Shown here piece after piece: positions 25,797 through 38,430 of a DNA stretch of 64,000 nucleotides. A program made the position numbers and the translations under genes. The DNA is from Schmidtea polychroa (Eukaryota): contig CM097885.1 in assembly GCA_044892525.1 (NCBI GenBank), positions 4,714,001-4,778,000 on the forward strand, read 5' to 3'. The notes beneath the pieces were generated by a model. That model was not told the DNA's origin and did not search any database. It saw only the letters and a list, made by a program, of their open reading frames with translations. Within the stretch, counting starts at the first letter, position 1, and the number at the start of each line of letters is the position of its first letter.

Positions 25797-26272
25797 TGTA
25801 ATGTACAGCTATTTTTTGTTAATATTTTAGTGTTCACAATTAGGAATTGTGAATACTAAAATATAAAATGCCACTATCTGGGAAATCCAGATTTTTTAAA
25901 AAACTATATAGCGATAATTTACTATAGTAAATTTTCGCTATAGTAAAATTAAAAATAAAAAAAATCGATATGGAAATTGGGATTAGAAATAAAAAATGAA
26001 ATGTTTGGATGACAATTCTGTTTAATTTATGAACGTTCACGAAATTTTTGAAGGTTTTTATTTTTTATTATAATAAAGTTATAAGAATTAGACATTTTTT
26101 AATATTTGTTGTGTAAAATTTATAATCATATTTTATTTGTAGTTACAATATCTTCAAACATAACACGCACCCCGATTGTACCGCCACAAGTTTTAACGGT
26201 GACTCTTTCGGGCTCATCAAATTTCTCATAACACGCATAAGACAACGTTAACTTAACAATTGGTGTCAGAAG
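25797..26272 (+). mobile_element. Candidate 5' LTR (25797..26258) with primer-binding site (26261..26272)
   Basis: TGTAA...TTAACA ends, internal AATAAA, then TGGTGTCAGAAG (complement of a tRNA-Leu-like 3' end); starts exactly where the Polinton E TIR breaks. Confidence 0.6.
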
Positions 26273-26593
26273 AAAAAATATATACAACACACACGCATTC
26301 GACGTTTTCTTTAAATCATGAAACCTTTTTTTTTTAAGCCGGAGAAAGAAAACCCGATGAAAACCAGTTGCGCCACAGAAAATTCAAAGAGAAATTTTTT
26401 ATTCAGACAATTGTTTTTCTCCAAAATGATATTCATAACAGAAAAGTTGTCTCTATGGAAAATTATCTATTTGAATGGCGGGTTCCAAGTTGAACCGTTT
26501 ATTCTAACGAAAAGAAAAACTTGTTGTATTAATAAATTTTTAAAGTAGTAGTAGCTGTCGCTGTCGTTGTCGAAGTCGTAGTCGTGGTCGTGA

Positions 26594-26624
<31 letters not shown>

Positions 26625-27345
26625 TGTATTGTATTTTAGCATTGGTCGTACTCAGTTGTATTAATACTCAATCTTCACAGAGAGTATTATAATAGTGGAT
26701 TCTCACATAGAGTAGTCAATATCCTTATATAGAGTAGTCGAGGTGTGTGTCTGTTGTACTACAGAGTAAGCATTAGTACTGGACTCTCACATAATAGTAA
26801 TCGATGTCTGTGTTGTTGTATGAATAGTACTGAATCCTCACATAGAGTAGTCAATAGTACTAGAGTCCTAGATGTGTGTGTGTTGTTACAGTTAGCAACC
26901 AGTAACCACTAAGTATGACGACACAGTTACCATGGTCAGTATATTGAGTCATTAATACGTGGGCAGTTTGCAACAGGTTTGTATATGATGTAACGAGCAC
27001 ACAATTGTTCAGTTAATAGCAATATGTGTATTACGTAATGGTCACGCAAGTGGTCAGTTAGCAACAGTGTATGTATTACGTAAAGGTCACGCGTGAGACC
27101 AGATAGCAACTACATTTATATTACGTAACCACCATGCGAATGGCCAACTAGCATCAGTGTGTGTATTAAGTAATCGGTAATACCCCCGTAATACCCCGTA
27201 ATACCCCCCCACTTTTGTATCTACTAAGGTCGTATGGTCGTATTTTTTATTGTCAATAATGAAAGACTAAGTTATTAGGATGTTATCCATAAGAAAATTT
27301 CATCATAATCTTAAATTTAATTTATTAAATTTTATATGAAGCCTG

Positions 27346-27373
27346 CCCGTATATATACGGGATAAACCGCTAA
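27346..27373 (+). mobile_element. Candidate Helitron 3' end
   Basis: 16-bp palindrome CCCGTATATATACGGG followed after 8 nt by CTAA (CTRR); upstream minisatellite-rich region 26545..27210. Confidence 0.45.
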
Positions 27374-28056
27374 GAAGTTAATGTGAAACTAAAACAAAAC
27401 TAAAAACAAAAAAATCAACCTTAAAAACATGTTTTTGAAATTCTCTATATATATTTCACTCTCTTAATTTCACTCAAAACTAAAATTTCGATATGCGTTC
27501 TCAATACTATGAAATATTTATTATTAAGTAAAATCACTTTTTTTTGCGTGACCAAACGCAACCTTAAGTAATGTGATAATGATAATCATATCAATTATCT
27601 TTATTGATATTAATATTTTTTAAATTAACCCCCTTTCCGTAATCGGAGTAATTTTTTCTTTTTATTTTTATAAAGAATTCGAGATATTCAAATACATTTG
27701 TATGAAGATTTTTTTATTTACTTTTATTCTTTATAATATGGCCTATAAAGCGAAAAAAAATTTTGTTAAAAGATTTCATTTTGGGGAAACTTATTGGTTT
27801 GAATCTCGCTTAATAGTCATAGTGAAAGGGGCCGAATTTGGTCCATGGTTTGCACGAAGCAGAAATTTATTAAGGGGCCTTCATAATGACGTTAAAAAAT
27901 TTTAAATCAAAAATATATTAAAAATTTAAAATATTACATAAATCGTTAGGAGTTTCAGCTGATACTATAAATTATTTTTTCTACTTTTTGTGGTGAAGAA
28001 AAATCCAATTTCTGTATGTATATAAGAATAATGAAACGCTATCATTTTCCTTGGGA

Positions 28057-28520
28057 CAGTGGCGTACCGTGAGGTTCTTGCGCCTGGGGGCAACTGAGAA
28101 ATTAGCACCCTCTTATATATATATTTAATTTAATTTTTTTAAAGAATATTAATGACGAATAACGAAACAGGTTTAACAGATTTTAATAAGCGTATAAATA
28201 ATATTTATTGACTTAGACAAAATACAGTTTAACATAAAATATTAATTCTTCTAGCTTTTGTCGTGGCAAAAATATCTATAATCTCATTAAACCCAATTTT
28301 TTCAAACATTTCTCTTTCTATGCTCAGAAGAGCTATATCGTTCAGCCGTGTTTGAGTCATAGCTGCTCTTAAATACGATAAAATTAATTTTAATTTACTG
28401 AAAGATCTTTCGCAACTGGCAATTGATACAGAAATTGTAAGAAGTATTGGTAGGGCAATTCTCAAATTGGGAAATACATCATCTCCGTAGGAAATTATAA
28501 ACGAAATAAGTTCCAAGAAA
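28057..28520 (-). mobile_element. hAT transposon 3' fragment: terminus plus transposase dimerisation domain (28229..28516)
   Basis: CAGTGGCG terminus at 28057; FPNL..AL.ILLTISVS.ASCERSFSKLKLI...RL..IALLSIE. Confidence 0.85.
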
Positions 28521-28669
28521 CTAATGAAGTAATAAAAAATTTATTAATCTCTTAGATTTTAAGAATAATTTATTACTTAAATTGGCTTCCCTAATTTTGC
28601 GCAGCTTGGTATCTGATTTTTGAATTATTATTACTATTATTATTAGCAAAATTTGCATTTAAATTTGTC

Positions 28670-29603
28670 TTTCCTAATTATTTCATAAAAATTTCCATTT
28701 AAAAATTCATTTCTCAAAAGTTGGTGATTAATCAAACCTTTTGTTAATAAATTTAAAAAACTTACTTTAATTTATTAATTACACTAATTTATTTTAATTT
28801 TAAAATATTACTTTAATTTAAAATATTTAACTTTAATTTATTTATTTAAAATTCTAGACCACTGATTACTTAATTTTAAAAATAAGTCCTAAATCTACTT
28901 AATTTAGCCTTTGTTTACCAAATATAGCCATTGATTTGCTTTAATTAAAACTTTTGAGCCTATAATTTACTTAATTTATCTATTTATCCTTGTATTACTT
29001 AATTTAACATTTTACATCATAATTTATTTAACAACCAAATATAACCCTTTTTTACATATTTAACCAATAATTTCGTGTGGTCGTTGATAAATACACAAAG
29101 ATTTGCATCTCAAATTAACATTGAAAAATATTTCATAAAAATTTCAATCTAAAATTGACATTAAAAAAATTATTTCATAAAAGATTTTATTTCTGAAAAC
29201 CTAGTGATTATTCAAACCTTTTGATTATAGATTTAAAATTATTACTTTAATTTTCTTATTATGTTAATTACTTTAATTTTAAAATACTAGTTTAATTTAA
29301 AATGTTTAACTTTAGTTTACTTATTTAAATTCTAGGATCTAGACCATTGATTACTTAATTTTAAAATTTAATGTTAATTTACCTATTTATCTTAATTAAC
29401 TTACCCAAAATTTACTTTAATTCAATTTTAGAACCTTACTTTACTTATTTGAGCTCTTAATTTACTTTAATTAACTTATTTAAGCTCATTAAATACTTTA
29501 ATTCAATTTTTAGACCCTTTATTTACTTTAATGTAAAATTTTAAACTATAATTTACCTATTTATGCTTAAATTACCAAAGGCCAAAACCCCACAATTCCT
29601 AAA
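28670..29603 (-). repeat. Degraded fragment of the non-coding arm of a B-family Polinton
   Basis: 29000..29083 is the reverse complement of ~5858..5935; 29547..29603 is the reverse complement of 25224..25280; B-like TIR units. Confidence 0.65.
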
Positions 29604-30187
29604 TACATTAATAATCCATTTAGCGTTACCCAGTAAATTTTTATTCAAATCTTTTCCTTAAAAAATTGAAAGAAAATTTTTTGTTATTTTGTTAAAAAGT
29701 ATTTGAAATTACAATATTGATTTTTGTTGAATTTCTAATTTTGCTCTGATGATTTTGAATTCCTTTCTAATCTTTTTAAATAAATTCTAATTTCAGACAA
29801 AATTTCTTTAAATTAATATTTTTTAATTTTAATATTTTATGAAAAATATTATTTTTATATTTGGATTTATTATTTATTTAGATTATTCGTTTAAAAATGG
29901 TATTTAAATTTCCATCAAAATTTTACTTTTTGTTATCAAATTTTAATTTAAATAATTTTGTAAGATTTAAAATAAATGAGAAAAACACTGAAAATTAACA
30001 TTAATAAAATATCGAATTTCGCTCAAATCTAAAATACAATATTTATAAATTGTTTGTTTATCTACATAAAAATACAAATTATTAATATTGAAATTGTAAA
30101 GGTCAGAGGAAATAATTAATATAATAAGTATGATTTGTGATTTATGTTGTAAAATGTTGAAATATAATTTTGTTAATTTTAGATAAA

Positions 30188-31576
30188 ATGTTTACAAGTA
30201 TATGGGAAATGATGAAGAGAAATAAATTTGAATTTGATAATGAAATCAGCGGTGAATTGATATGCAGAATTTGCAAAAGTGTAATGATAAAAGCTTGCCA
30301 AGCTCCTTGCGGTTGTCGCTTTTGCTCTGATTGCATTGAGCATTATTTGGATGGAAATGATACATTTTGTCCAGGAGCAGCAAGATATTGTCAAGTTCAA
30401 ATCCTTAAGTTCAATGAAAATGTTTTCCAAGATCAGGCGATTAACTTAAGAATATCTGAAATCATTGTAAAATGCCCAATGCAAAATTGTGAATTCAAAA
30501 CTGAGTTGTGCATAATGGAGACCCATATGAGAATATGCAACAAGCAGCCAATCAGATGCCCATTCAATAGAATTGGATGCGAAATGAATGAAGTAGAGGA
30601 GGAGAACATGAAAGTCCATCTCAATGATAACAATGAATGTCATAGCAAATTATTGATTGATCAGATCAGTAATTTATACAATGAGATGCAGGCCATGAGA
30701 GAGGAGAATGCCAAATTGCGTAACGAAAATATCAATATCAATGTAAAATTTTATTTGTAATTAATTTTATTGATATTTGTGATTGGAGGTGAATTTGTGC
30801 AATATTGAAAGGAAAGAGGCGGAAAGCAGAGGAGAAATGGTGGCAGTGAAGAATGAGAATCGCTCATTGAGAATGTCGATGGAGACAAATATTGGATCAA
30901 TCAATCAAGTTTGATTATTGATTTGATTTGTTATTGATTTATTATTGATGCAAAGCAGATCAGACAGCAAATTGAGGCTATTGAATCAAAATGTCAACAG
31001 CAAATTAATGAGATGAAAGAGAAATGCGAGCAGCAGCTGAAACGGGAGAATGAAAAGGTGATTTATTGATTTATTGAAATGTTTGAATTTGAGATTCAGT
31101 TTCAGCTTGAAATGATGAAATCCACCAATGAAATTCGGCCGATTAAAAGAAAATTAGCAAATAGAACATATTCAAAAACATGGAAAATTGATAAATTTTC
31201 ACTTCTAGGCAGAGGAAAACGGATATATAGTAAGGCATTTGATGCCGGACCATTCAGTTACAAGTTGTGGCTGTGGATTTGGAATCATGGTGAATTAAGG
31301 GCTGGTTTCTGGTTGAGGCCTGGAGAAAATGATGAGAATTTGGATTGGCCGTTCAAACAATCGGTGACAATCGATGTTATCGATCCAGCAAATAACAATA
31401 TTTTTAAGAGTCAGTCAAAAAAATATTCACACTGCCCTGATCATGCTGGATGGGGGAAACCGTCAATTGACAACAATAAGTTAATTGACATTTATTATGA
31501 TATTGATAAATCAACCTATAAATTCGCAGCCGAAAATGATAAATTGCTGCTCAGGTGCAGAATTAATAAATGTTGA
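30188..31576 (+). CDS. TRAF-like protein (RING, TRAF zinc fingers, coiled coil, MATH); exons 30188..30742, 30789..30908, 30959..31057, 31100..31576
   Basis: RING CRIC...PCGCRFC..C; three phase-0 GT-AG introns (46, 50, 42 nt) keep the frame open; MATH motifs WKIDKFS, YS..F, GENDENLDWPF; start uncertain. Confidence 0.88.
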
Positions 31577-32599
31577 CAAATTTAAAAAAACATTTCAATA
31601 AAAAATTGATTTATTTTTGCTTTTGATCTGTTATATTATTTGCCTTGGGTTGGTGGATCAATTTGTCTGGATCAGTTTATTGATGAATTTGTCCAATTAT
31701 AAACTGATTGCAACATTATTGATGCTGTGGATCACTTGTAACAGCATTTAATGTTGATTTGATCAAATTGGATCATTCAATGAGCATTGTAGAGATCCAT
31801 TTTCCATCACTTTTTATTGTTGCTCATGATTTTTAATTAAACTATTTTGAAGATTTTACTTTTCATTTTATATTCAAAATATTTATTTTCTATTTGGAAA
31901 CATTTTTAATTTTTATTTTCTTTTCAATTAGTAATCCGCTCTCGTCATGAGCTTCGCCATCATATCATTTTCATCTGACCCGGTTTTGAAATTTTAATTC
32001 GATGATTTGTTGAACCCATAATTTTGAACTTTCCAATATTAACTTTTTAATTACATGGAAATTATAATTATTTTTGCATTTCAAATTTCAATTGCCATTT
32101 TATATCTCTCAACTAATTTCTCTCAAATATTAATAATATCGGAATTTCCGCCAGAAATATATGAGAAAATCACTGTAAATTAGCATTATATTGATATGAA
32201 ATTGAATTACTACTAATATTGCACTAATATGATACCCCCTTAACACTCAATAATTAGTCAGAAGTTAACATATTTTCATTAATTATTTCCTTTTATTTTA
32301 TTCATTTTATTTAATTAATTAATTATTATAATTTTATTTCTTTATTTTGGTATTTAATTTAGTTAATTTTAGTTTAAATTTAAATTATTAATTCTTATCT
32401 GTAATTCTTATTATTCTTGTTACTAATTTACACAAACTGGGACAAAAATGTTCAAAATATAAAAATATAATAATCAAACTTATACATTTAATTCTAAAAA
32501 CAAAATCAATAAAAACAAATTTTTTAACAAACATTTATTTGAATAACATCAGGTATATCTTCAGCTAATTCTTTGAATTGCAAAAATGATGGATCCGGA

Positions 32600-33330
32600 T
32601 CGAATTATTGAACAACAAATGAGGTACAACCCATATAATGTCCAAATGTATAACTTTTATTTTTCACCGCCAAAACCCTTTTATCATCGGCGTGAGTATG
32701 TGCAGTTTTTTCATTTTTTATGGTAAATAGCTGGTGATTTTTGCTAGTTATTCATTTTTGCGGTACAGAAAATATTTGATTAGTATTATAACAATCCACG
32801 TACGACTGATGTTTTATGTCAATACCTTTCAATGTTACTCCTTTAGGTTTTTTAATCTCGTCATCACCTCAAAAATTAAAAAAGAAAAACACACTCCTTA
32901 TATTTAAGTACTTTATTCTCGTATTTGAACTTTCCAATGACAGAATCAAGGTTCCTACTATATAATGGATGACTAGCATCGTAATTAGATGTGTCTCGTA
33001 AATTATCTAGAATCATGGTTGGTAAAAGAACATCAATCTTACAGTTTTTTTACTTCAAGGAAAAATGAATCTGTATCATCTACAACGAAAATGATTTTAC
33101 AGTTGAATTTGTTACGATATTTTTATAACTCGTTATACTGCAGCTGAATCATTCTAAGTTTCGATAGATAAGTACTGTTTGGCCAATCTAGCTGGGTCTA
33201 TCTAGAGAAATAGCTTCCTTATTTAGCAAGACTGATACTAAATCAGTGTCAACTCTGTAAGTCCTTTTAAACGTTGGTTTAGATGTATATGTAATTAGCC
33301 TAGAACCTGAATTACATAGCCGCAACCTTA
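32600..33330 (-). pseudogene. Old degraded pPolB C-terminal fragment (D-like family)
   Basis: Minus-strand remnants SKPTFKR, SLDRPS, TDSFF, LDSVIGKFK.ENK, KGVTL, SKNHQLFT, DDKRV collinear with 21330..22030. Confidence 0.8.
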
Positions 33331-33448
33331 CCCTCTCCCTACCCATGGAAAAGAAAATTTTGTTTTAGTAATTTCTTTTGCCACGATTATGTAATTTAAA
33401 ATTTCTTACATAATTTTCGTATGGGAGTGTTCCATTGGAGTGTTCCAC

Positions 33449-33512
<64 letters not shown>

Positions 33513-33519
33513 TTAATAA

Positions 33520-33579
<60 letters not shown>

Positions 33580-33600
33580 TAATAAAAATAATGATAATAA
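33449..33600. repeat. (AAT)n microsatellite
   Basis: Direct reading; similar tracts at ~40545..40713, 44802..44932, 55822..55920, 59993..60106. Confidence 0.95.
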
Positions 33601-34307
33601 TGATACATTACCGACAAATTTAAAACATTATTTTGTAAATTAAATATAATTGGGTTAGGGGTCTTCTTTATCCCTTAATTAAAACGTATTTACAAGCTGG
33701 TTGTCGTGGTGGGCGGTTGTAATCCAACTAGTGGAAGGCCTCTTGTTGTTAGTGAATACATTAATTAATTTGGCTATAATGCCAATGACGCATTGTCATG
33801 CTCGCACATTTTTATGTATTTTTAATACGTTTTGAATGTGCTGGTAGTTGACTACCCTGGCATACTAGGCGTATTGTTCCGTACGGAGAACTATGATGTC
33901 CAGGGTTCTTCTGAGCCCACTTTGTAGAAAGAACAGACGACCCTTGTGGCCGTGAACAAATATCCACCATGTCTTTCAGGCACAGATATTTGTTCACTGC
34001 TCAGTAGGCTGGCAATACTAAATGCATAAACTTCGTCTTGTCCTATCTTGTCTTGATTTTTTATCGTTTAAATAATTATTATTTAAATAATTAATAATTA
34101 TAAAAATAGTATGAGGGTTTCAAATTATACATGTGATAATTAAATTTTTATTTTAAAATTATTTACTAACCACAAAACGCATATTTTTAGTGCAATATAT
34201 ATATATATATATGCGTTAAACTCAAAAAACATTTTTATTTACTCAAAATTGACATATAATTCCCTAAAGATTTTACCCTTAATTGCTTATGAATTTCTAT
34301 AGGTTAG

Positions 34308-35025
34308 AGTAGTGTGTATATATACCCAACCAACACAACCCTCCCAACAAAAACATACCTCCATTACGCTTAACCCATTAGAAAACAACCCAAAACTTAT
34401 ACTTTTATAGTATTTTAACCCCATATTTTAAACAACAACCACCCTTAATCTTTCAAGCCTCAAACTCAAAAGCTTCAAACTAAAAAGAGAATAGAAAAGA
34501 AAATGGCATTATGAAAAAGTTAGAGGGCTATTTGGGTTAGGGCTATATACACACTACTTTTGATCGCAATCAAACTTCGGAGTTGATCTTTATCAGATTA
34601 TTGATTTTAAATTATATAAATTAAAAAATAAATGAAAAATAGTAAAACTGCTCTGAGGGGACAGTGGCATTTTTTTTTTCACTGTCCCCTCAACAGTTTT
34701 TTTTGATCCGGATCATTTCAACCCCTTTCGTTTATCAAATCTCTTCTAATATACAAGCTGGCCAGACTCATACATCAGAATCAATCCGATAATAGCAGCA
34801 CACCTTATTATTCGCTTCTCGCTCGAATACGATTTCATCGGCGTTTTAAGCGTGCTGCTCGAAAGTACAAATGAATTCGAAAGTGAATCCGAAAGAGGTC
34901 CGAAAACAACTGAGAAATAAATGTGCACATTAAAGAATCGATCCGGGGTGTTCGAAAGACAGGTGGCGATAATTGCCGGTTCGCCACCATCACCCGTTTC
35001 AATAATTTTTTTTTCATATTTATGT
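34308..35025 (+). repeat. Left TIR of A2 (718 bp)
   Basis: Near-perfect reverse complement of 55039..55756. Confidence 0.95.
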
Positions 35026-36230
35026 ATCCAGGTGAAAGACATTTATTTAAACACAACTATACCGGACCAGGAACAAGATTAGATATTAGATTAGATGAAA
35101 ATAATAATCCCAAACAAGGAGAAGAACCAATAAATAGAATCGACCAAGCAGCTTTAAAACATGATATTGCTTACAATTCAGAAGATCTTAGAGATAGACA
35201 TGTTGCAGATGTTAATTTAATACATGATTAAAATAGTATCCAAAATCCATCAACCCAAGAAAAGATTCAAAGAGCTCTAGTTAAATTAGCAATGAAAGGT
35301 AAGATCGCCATAGGCTTAGGACTTCCTAGAATAGCAAAAGATGTTGCTAATAAAAAGATTATTGAACAAGCAGATGCTGAAAGATCCCTCGAGAATATAT
35401 CCAAGACTAGTTTATTAACCCCAACAGAATCACAAATAAAATATGCCAACGAATTACACCATGAATTTAGAAAAAATAAAAAATATTTAAAAGTTCAAGT
35501 ACATGAAAAAGATCAAACATGGTCTGCAGATTTAGTCTTTATGCCAACCAAATCATCAGTTCCTGAAAAATATAAAATAATTTTAACTGTAATAGATTTA
35601 TATACAAGATTTGCCTTTGCAAGGTGTTTAGAAAATAAAACAGGATATTCCATTACAGAAGCATTTGAAAATATATTTGAAGAACATCAAAGAATTTCAA
35701 AATATTTATGGTGTGATAAAGGAACAGAATTTTATAACAAAGTTTTTACAAAGTTTTTAAATGAAAATGATATTAAATTATATTCAACAGAAAACGAAGG
35801 AAAAGCAGTTGTGGTTGAAAGATTAAATAGAACATTAAAAAATAAAATGTGGAAATATTTTACTGCTATTGGAAAACAAAAATGGAACAATGAGTTATTA
35901 CAAAAGATTGTAAATGAATATAATAATGATGTACATAGTTCTATAAAATCAACCCCTTTAAATGCTTCCATGAATCCTGAAACCATTAAAGTGGTAAATA
36001 TTGAAAATGATGTTATTGAAAAACCAAAGTTTAAAATTGGTGAACGAGTAAGAATATTTAAATATAAAAATAAATTTGAAAAAGGATTCACAGCAAAATG
36101 GACAAATGAAATTTTTATTATAAATAAAATAAATTATATAACTCCAATAACATATTGCATCATTGATTTAAATAATGAAAAAATATTAGGTAGATTTTAT
36201 AATAATGAGTTACAGAAAACAGATTTTTAA
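35022..36230 (+). CDS. Parvovirus-type phospholipase A2 domain in frame with rve integrase; one in-frame TAA at 35229
   Basis: NYTGPGT and D..A.KHDIAY motifs; frame continues through TAA to ATG 35292; integrase WSADL, WCDKGTEF, VERLNRTLK; no chromodomain. Confidence 0.88.
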
Positions 36231-36241
36231 GTCGACAAGCC

Positions 36242-37054
36242 CTAAAACAAACTTTTCCATATTTCAGCTTCTTCTCTATCCAAATAAATATAATTATATT
36301 TTTCTTTCCAATGATTATCAACAAACATATCAAACATATTGTTATCAGGTTCAACATTTGAAAATAAATCATTATAAATCATATTCTTATCACGGCGATC
36401 TAATTTAAAAAATATAAAACAATTAGAATTATTTCTTATTGAATTTTTATCTAAAGCATAATATGTTTGAGATATATAAATAACATTACAATTATTATGT
36501 CTTCCTCTTGTAAAGTAACTCTTTTGAATCTCTTGATTTTTCATATTAACAACATCATCAAATATAACTAGATTCTTTTTATCTTTAGGAAGTAAATCAC
36601 AATGTAAAACATTTTCAGGTTTATTAGAGAATAAAACTTGAATCGCCTCTGCCTGCTCCTCATCTTCACAGATGTAATCATTTTTATTACTAATATCTGA
36701 TTCTAAAATCTTTTCCTTATACCAATCAACCATATCACAAGGATGAAAAACTTCTTCAGGACATCTATGTTGATTTCTAAAAATATCAATTATTGCTTTT
36801 TTAGTTAATTTATTTTCAAATCCACATTTCAAAAGTTGTAATTCTGGTTGATTTATGGTTGTAGAATAAAAGATTAAATTATTATAATCTAAAAAACCAT
36901 CATCAAGTAACATTTTCAAAACAAGTACATTCTTTCCACATCCAGAAGATCCAACAATTAATAATCTTAAATTATCAGGAAATACTTTATTATTAAATTT
37001 AGATTTATGTCTATTTAAAATTGGTTTCCAAATTATTGGACTTCGTACATCCAT
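36242..37054 (-). CDS. A32/FtsK-like packaging ATPase
   Basis: GSSGCGKN, VIFDDV, RGRH, ISQ, IRNN; annotated start codon is ATG at 37054. Confidence 0.92.
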   Translation of the reverse strand: MDVRSPIIWKPILNRHKSKFNNKVFPDNLRLLIVGSSGCGKNVLVLKMLLDDGFLDYNNLIFYSTTINQPELQLLKCGFENKLTKKAIIDIFRNQHRCPEEVFHPCDMVDWYKEKILESDISNKNDYICEDEEQAEAIQVLFSNKPENVLHCDLLPKDKKNLVIFDDVVNMKNQEIQKSYFTRGRHNNCNVIYISQTYYALDKNSIRNNSNCFIFFKLDRRDKNMIYNDLFSNVEPDNNMFDMFVDNHWKEKYNYIYLDREEAEIWKSLF

Positions 37055-38359
37055 TTTATTTATTATAAAATGACCTCAAAGAGTTCCTCTACTGAAAAAT
37101 CTTTGCAAGAATTAATAAATTCAAATAAAAATAAATCAATAGTAATTGATGGTAAAAAATATTTTATTGGAAAACATGTAAAAGAACAAGTTAGAGCGAA
37201 GCTGAAGAAGGCGGCATTCTTCCATTAGCTGCTTTAATACCTGCAATCATTGCTGGTTTATCAGGTGCTGCTGGAATAGCTGGAGGAATTGCAACTACAG
37301 TTCAAAAAGCTAAAGAATCTCAAAAGACAGACCTAGAAAAAGAAAAACTACAAACTGAAATCGATTCAATGAAGAAGGTAGGGCAAGCTAAGGGAAAAGG
37401 CCTCTATCTTAATCCATATGAGGGGACTCTGTCTGAAGGTCAAAAGTCTCAGGGGACTCTGTCCAAGGGAAAGGGTCTCTATCTTGATCCTTATAAAGGT
37501 AGAGGTTTAAATGATTTTTTAAAAAATCAAATTTCTACATCTGAATCTTTATCTTCAAAAGATAAAGAAGATTTAAAAAAAATATGTAAATCTTTAAAGA
37601 ATGGATGCAGTAGTGGGATGTGTCACCACTGGCACATGTCACCTCTGGGGGGGTAAACGAAAAAATTTTTCAAGGTCAAATTTTAAACAAAGACATATGA
37701 CTCATCAAGGTCATTGAAACAAAGACCATGACTCATCTTATGACGCATCAAGGTCATTGAAACAAAGACCATGACTCATCCTATGAATCATCAAGGTCAT
37801 TGAAACAAAGACCGTGACTCATCGAGGTCATTGAAACAAAGACCGTGACCCATCGAGGTCATTGGATGACTCGCCAAGGTCATTGGATGACTCACCAAGG
37901 TCATTGAAACAAAGACCATGACTCATTCAAGGTCATTAGATAACTCATCAAGGTCATTGAAACAAAGACCATGACTCATTCAAGGTCAATGGATGACTCA
38001 TCAAGATCATATTTTTAAGGTCAAAGTCATATTTTTAAGGCCAAGGTCATATTTTTAAGGTCAATGTCATATTTTTAAGGTCAAGGTCATATTTTTAAAG
38101 TCAAACGTTCACTAAAGGGTATCATTCGAAAGGTATTTGAGAGATCTATCTAATGGTCATACCCTCGAAGGTATATGATGGGTCAATAACCTTCAAAGGG
38201 TCAAAAACCTTCGAATTTTTTCAAACTTTATAATATATATATATATATATATATCAGTCGAAAGGTATTTGAGAGGTAAGTATGATGGTCATACCCTCGA
38301 AGGTGAATGGTGGGTCAATAACCTTCAAAGGGTATCCAAAATTAAATATTTTTAAAATC

Positions 38360-38430
<71 letters not shown>

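Noticed and set aside
33435..33643. Poly-Ile/Asn/Leu/Tyr ORFs (also 5986, 44455..45362, 46622)
   Set aside because: Microsatellite translations
33690..34030. GC-richer island left of A2
   Set aside because: No credible ORF, repeat partner or RNA motif identifiable by eye
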